Shown one piece after another: positions 48,777 to 54,001 of a stretch of 54,001 bases of DNA; position 1 is the first letter of the stretch, and each line of letters starts with the position of its first letter. A program made the position numbers and the translations under genes. The notes beneath the pieces were generated by a model. The model searched no databases. It had not been told where the DNA came from and was given only the letters and a program-made list of their open reading frames with translations. Source of the stretch: Octopus bimaculoides (Eukaryota); assembly GCF_001194135.2 (NCBI RefSeq), contig NC_068983.1, forward strand, positions 115,787,493 to 115,841,493, given 5' to 3'.

Positions 48777-49025
48777 GGTCACAGCATTGAGAGGTCACAG
48801 CATTGAGAAGTCACAGCATTAAGCGGTCACAACATTGAGATGTCACAGCATTAAGCAGTCACAACATTGAGAGGTCACAGCATTAAGCGGTCACAACATG
48901 GAGAGGTCACAGCATTAAGCAGTCACAACATTGAGAGGTCACAGCATTAAGCAGTCACAACATTGAGAGGTCACAGCATTAAGCAGTCACAACATTGAGA
49001 GGTCACAGCATTAAGCGGTCACAAC
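48777..49025 (+). repeat. 16-bp minisatellite with 32-bp higher-order dimer (~15.5 monomers)
   Basis: Alternating GGTCACAGCATTAAGC and RGTCACAACATTGAGA. Confidence 0.92.
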
Positions 49026-49179
49026 TCTCTGAGTGGTTGGCGTTAGGAAGGGCATCCAGCTGTAGAAACTCTGCCAAATTTAGATTGGAGCCTGGTGTTG
49101 CCATCCGGTTTCACCAGTCCTCAGTCAAATCGTCCAACCCATGCTAGCATGGAAAGCGGACGTTAAACGATGATGATGA
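49025..49179 (+). mobile_element. Family C 5'-truncated 3' end with (GAT)n tail
   Basis: Near-identical to 22183-22308 and to the reverse complement of 9685-9830. Confidence 0.88.
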
Positions 49180-49616
49180 ACTCAGGTACTGCAGACATGT
49201 GATTAGAATGCTGCAGGAATGAATCCCCAAATGGATTCTTCAAGCTGAGCCAACCTGCAGGAGACCCAGGGGGTAGACCAAGAATGAGATGATTGGACAA
49301 TATTCGTTTTCTTGGTCACAATTGGGAATCTAGCCAGAGATTGTGATGACAGTTGTTTCTGCTAGGACACTATGGAGAAGGTGCTTGAGGAACCCATCCT
49401 CCCTCCCCATCACCTCACATTCTCAAGATTAGTGGCTGGAGAAAGTACATGAATGGATAGATAGCCACAGTTGGAATCTCTTTGATCATTAGTGAGTTTG
49501 ATCAGAACTGACCTGTTCACATTGTTGTTATTTGATAAATGAAATAATGTTAAGTTATGAATATATTTTATCATTTTAAAGGTGTTTATATTTTCTATCA
49601 CTAATACCTTTGGTCA

Positions 49617-50049
49617 GTGGAGGCGCAATGGCACAGTGGTTAGGGCAGCGGACTCACGGTCATAGGATCGCAGTTTCGATTCTCAGACCGGGCGTTGTGA
49701 GTGTTTATTGAGCGAAAACACCTAAAGCTCCACAAGGCTCCAGCAGGGGATGGTGGCGAACCCTGCTGTACTCTTCCACCACAACTTTCTCTCACTCTTA
49801 CTTCCTGTTTCTGTTGTGCCTGTAATTCAAAGGGCCAGCCTTGTCACACTGTGTCACACTGAATATCCCCGAGAACTACATTAAGGGTACACATGTCTGT
49901 GGAGTACTCAGCCACTTGTACGTTAATTTCACGAGCAGGCTGTTCCGTTGATCGGATCAACTGGAATCCTCAATGCCCGGTCTGGGAATCGAAACCGCGA
50001 TCCTACGGCCGCGAGTCCACTGCCCTAACCACTGGGCCATTGTGCCTCC
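49617..50049 (+). mobile_element. SINE family A lacking its tail and ending in an inverted copy of its head
   Basis: Head 49619-49693; reverse-complement head 49975-50049 (75 bp, ~9 mismatches). Confidence 0.88.
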
Positions 50050-50399
50050 CCTTATCAGTATAACTGGCACTTAAAAGTTTTGCTCTGTAATTTACTAAGC
50101 AGTGGCTTATAAGAGGAATATTTAGTTTCTGTAGCATAGGCCCTTCCTGGTGTTGGTTTCTACATTAGTCTACTGGTATGCTGCAGTGTAACCTGAATAT
50201 GATTTTTTTTTACCTGTACTTTTAGTTATATTCTTAGTTCAGGTGTGTCACCAAATTTTGAAGAGGATATGTGCTCTGCAAGTGAAATAAGGTTGCAGAG
50301 CACTGCTTTATGTGAACGAACATTTGTGTGTATGCCAGTATATGTTTCTTTATTTTTTCTTCACATTGCCAATTATACCTTTTCTTTTTCATTATCTAG

Positions 50400-50600
50400 G
50401 CTTTTCAACATATCTGTGAAGGTATCCTTCAAAAACAATCTCTAAAGCGGTCGACTCAATCACTTAACACAAGCTCCAGTTCAAACTCCCATCTAGTCCA
50501 TCGAGGCAGATCAGTTCTCTCCCTTGAATCTAAGCATGAAGACAATAGTATGAAAACTTCAGAACATTCTTACTGGAGATGTTGTGCTGGTGTCATGTAA
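50400..50600 (+). CDS. RAB15: Rab15-like terminal coding exon 7 (AFQHICEGILQKQ...SEHSYWRCCAGVM*)
   Basis: Pyrimidine tract plus atctag| acceptor; open 66 codons with the alpha-5 helix, a Ser-rich hypervariable region and a Cys-Cys pair; TAA at 50598-50600. Confidence 0.9.
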   Translation, partial: AFQHICEGILQKQSLKRSTQSLNTSSSSNSHLVHRGRSVLSLESKHEDNSMKTSEHSYWRCCAGVM

Positions 50601-51896
50601 TCACAGGCAATGTAAAAAAAAAAAAATTGGTTAATAAGCTATGTCTATACTTAATATCCTAGACAAAGATATTTTAGGTGGGTAAATCCTTCATGCTCCT
50701 TACCTGTTGAGCCAAATGGTAAGAATTTTGGTGCTGACACATTGAAAAATTCCATTTATTTTTAGATTATTTCAAACCAAAAACAATGTGATATATTAAA
50801 TGTTCCAAATGATTTTAATTGTTCTCAACAAAGGTTTTGTAAGCTATTGTTATTGTAAATTGCAGCATATAATTGCAACCTAATATAAACGGTTGGACCA
50901 GCATACAAGCTGTCTTGAAGAATTTTAGCGTTTCACCATTTTATAATTTTATTTCATTTTATACTCTGTGTGACCATATCAGTCCTTGGTTTCCTAAAGG
51001 AATTTTCAGTCTTTAATATTTTTACTTTATAAATATGGTGAGTTGACAGAAACAGCAGTGTGCCAGATTAAGCATATTGTTTGATGTTTGGAACTCGAAT
51101 GCTACTGGAAAATGACTTTGCCTTTCATCCCTCTATGGGTTGATAAAATAAGTTTGAGTTATATTTTGGAGTTTATTCAATCAACTTGTACCTAGTGAAG
51201 ATAAATAAAAACTTTCTTTATACACTAACTTTTAGATTATCAATAATAATTAATTATAGTCCTTCAAATTCCTCTTTTAGCTTTCATATATTGATACCTA
51301 GCAAAATTTCAAAATTAAAGGTGGATTTATTTTATTATCTTTACTATTCTTTCAAACCTGTCAAAGCCAATTTCAAACTATTGTGGCATATAAAGTTTAT
51401 CACTTATTAAATTATATTCTCTGGAGTTTCAGCTACATTTCTGGCTGCAATTGCTGAATAAGATCTGTTTGTAGAGTTATTTATGAATATATACATCTTT
51501 TTGAAGTCTATGGAAACACATTTATCTAACATAAACCAATTAGCTACATACCAGTTTTTAACAAATGCTCCAAAATAGCTAAAGATTACTCCTAACCAAG
51601 ACTCACCAAAATGAAAAGAATAACAGACCATCTGATGTATTGTATGGAATTTATTAAAATTATAACATGTTTGTTATGACAATATTACCATTTTGCTGAA
51701 ACGTTTGCTAGCAAAAATATGGGTGTTTAAATTATGAAATTAATTCAGAAACAGCTTTGAACAAGAAACAAATATTTCTCTTTGAGGGATCAAATGCTTC
51801 TTAATGTATTTTTTTTCTTACACTACATATTTGCTGACCAGTATAGCTTGTTTTAATTTTTCTTATATCTGAACCTGAAATCAGTAGTGAAATAAA
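50601..51896 (+). other. Probable 3' UTR; end uncertain (AATAAA at 51204, 51891 and 53759)
   Basis: AT-rich, nearly TE-free sequence after the stop codon. The poly(A) site cannot be chosen from sequence alone. Confidence 0.4.
51036..51190 (+). mobile_element. Old SINE D-like fragment in the putative 3' UTR
   Basis: gactttgcctttcatccctctatgggttgataaaataag core. Confidence 0.5.
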
Positions 51897-53942
51897 ATAT
51901 ATGTAAAAGGGAAAAGCATTATAAAGATTTTATGGCAGCTTACATGGTTTCTTTTTCTCATACATATTAGTTATGATACTATAAATATAAATGATACACT
52001 TCAGTGATTGCTGTTTACATGTCATTTAGTAAAGCATTTGTGATAAAATGATAAGATATACTAACACAGTTCATAGCTATGGAGATACAATAGTCAGGAT
52101 GTACAGAATATCCTCAGTTTCTAATATCTGGTATAACAAAAGATAATTGCTACTTTATGATGACTTGCATTGACTTCAATTTACTTAATAATTTGAGCTT
52201 GTTATTTTTTCTGTGATACTAATTTAGCATTGTTGGATGTTTTATAGTTTATTAATTAATTTCAAATGTTAACATGGGGTAGTAAACATGAAAGCTTTCT
52301 ATTTATTTCTGAGGTCTGTAAACAAAAGCAACTCAAATTTCTTTCTGTGATACCAATGCACTGTACTAAAAGCCAAATGTCATGTATAAATTCTGGTCTT
52401 TTTTCTTGTTTTGTCATTGGACTCCTATGGCATTGTTTTTTATTGTTATATGATGCCAACTTCACTAAAACATTAAACACCATAAATAATTTGAATACAA
52501 AACTTTCATCTGAATATTTAGGTATAGGTATAAAAGAAATATGGGGAAATATTTATATATTAGGTACTTCAACAACGGTATGCAGATTTCCATTTACCGC
52601 TGCTGTGGGCATACTGTCTACAGTAGTTTCTCAGCATTTATTACTACCATTGATGTTATAGTTATTGTTTGCCATTTTCACCTGCCATAGCTAATGAAAT
52701 ATTTATTTATTTATTTATGGATAGACAATAGACTATTAAGCTGGTAAGATTTTTACCATATGTTAGCTTCATAGCTTACTGGAATGCTGTGTTAAACATT
52801 ATCTTAAGAGCTAATTCTTAACATTTAGTAATTTAGCTATCCTCCTGCAACACCAGTCTCTGTAGGTAAGTGTCTGTCTATGTTTTGTACTGAATTAACA
52901 ACTTGGCTCAGTTTTTCTATCATAGACTTACTTTGATTAAATCCAGGATTAAAATTATAAGAAACTAAATTAATTTAAATGTACAAGGTTATTATTTATT
53001 TTTATAGGAAATATTTCGTAAAAGAATTGTGTGGTATTTTACATTGAAACCAGTTTGAAGATGAAGCATGATAAAATTCAAAGCAATTCTGTATGATGAA
53101 AAATATTAGCAAGTAATATTTTACTGCTTGTTAATTGTTGTTTCCAACAATATTCTAAGAGACTTAGATAGGAACATAGATTTCCTGTTTTATCTCTCAA
53201 ATGTCTTGTTCAATCCCTTCTTATCTCTTGCTACACCATATTTTGGATTTCAATTGTTTAATTCTTACACATTGGCTCCAGCATCTCTGGATTCTATTTG
53301 AAGTGTGCATTAAAGATAATACCTTAGTCAGAAATATACTTTCAGTTATTATCTTGTTTCAAATGTTCAAATGAACAAAGAGGACTGTAAAGGGTTATGT
53401 CAGATATTTTAATATTCCTGTATATTTATTTTGTTAATTTTCTGTATAGTTTTTTTTATTTTGTAAAAAAAAATCACTTGACAATTAATGCCTTACATTT
53501 ATATTAATTCAAGTGATTTTTTCATCGCAATTATACAGTTAAATATCCTGTCATTTGTTTATTACTCTGCTTAATTTTACCACACCATTTTTTTTAATAT
53601 CATTTACCAAATATCATTTACCAAATATTCAACATATTGCACTCAATTTACTTATGTCTTCTAACACCTACTTCATTCTGAGTTCAATAGACCTATATAC
53701 ACAGACATACATATTACAATATAATACTGAACTCATTTCACTTTATCCTTTTTCATGCAATAAATGCGCAAAAAAAAAAATAGAAGTCACACAAAGAATA
53801 TATTTGCATCTTATTAATGGGTGAGTTCAGAGTGTAAGGAGAAATTTGAGAATGAATGCCTGAATTAAATAATCCATCATATTAGGTTTAAGTTGGAAGA
53901 AATTTTACTGTGATATTTAATAAATAGCCCAGAGCTGACACC

Positions 53943-54001
<59 letters not shown>

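Larger units (their letters stand above)
1427..54001. repeat. Dispersed microsatellites: (TA)n ~1427-1458, 19202-19256, 23605-23641, 53957-54001; (GA)n ~2048-2085, 33204-33245; (TATC)n ~4968-4998; (CA)n ~21355-21407; (GT)(GA) ~34530-34582
   Basis: Read directly; boundaries approximate. Confidence 0.9.

Noticed and set aside
48777-49025. CRISPR-like periodicity
   Set aside because: No unique spacers, eukaryotic context and no cas genes; it is a minisatellite.
50418-50426. Internal AAG|GTATCC donor-like site in exon 7
   Set aside because: Using it would truncate the alpha-5 helix, and no downstream Cys-bearing exon was found.
52540-52620. Minus-strand SMPTAAVNGNLHTVVEVPNI* as the last exon of a convergent gene
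   Set aside because: No polypyrimidine acceptor and no upstream partner exon identified.

Overview
AT-rich, microsatellite- and SINE-dense eukaryotic draft-genome window with 7 N-gaps. The repeat landscape looks like a coleoid cephalopod, most likely Octopus (inference, no database search). It holds one protein-coding gene on the + strand: a Rab15-like (Rab8/10/13/15 group) small GTPase in 7 coding exons (4714-4837, 32241-32301, 37436-37496, 42654-42731, 46040-46129, 48214-48279, 50400-50600; 681 nt, 226 aa). All splice sites are GT-AG, G1-G5 motifs are intact, and the C-terminus is an unusual CCAGVM. The 27.4-kb first intron and later introns contain tRNA-derived SINEs (local labels A, B, D, E), RTE-type LINE fragments (family C is their 3' end), mariner (D34D), maT (D37D) and Tigger/pogo relics, and several MITEs/foldbacks. 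Best leads: (1) a 1.7-kb ORF1-only (CCHC-knuckle) retroposon with a perfect 14-bp TSD whose 3' tail resembles that of SINE D; (2) a minimal type-I hammerhead ribozyme fold, sense to the gene, in intron 5; (3) a young 611-bp MITE with ~140-bp TIRs and an 8-bp TSD; (4) a possible uORF-laden spliced 5' leader; (5) long hairpins in each of introns 3-6. All protein and repeat identities are by motif recognition only.
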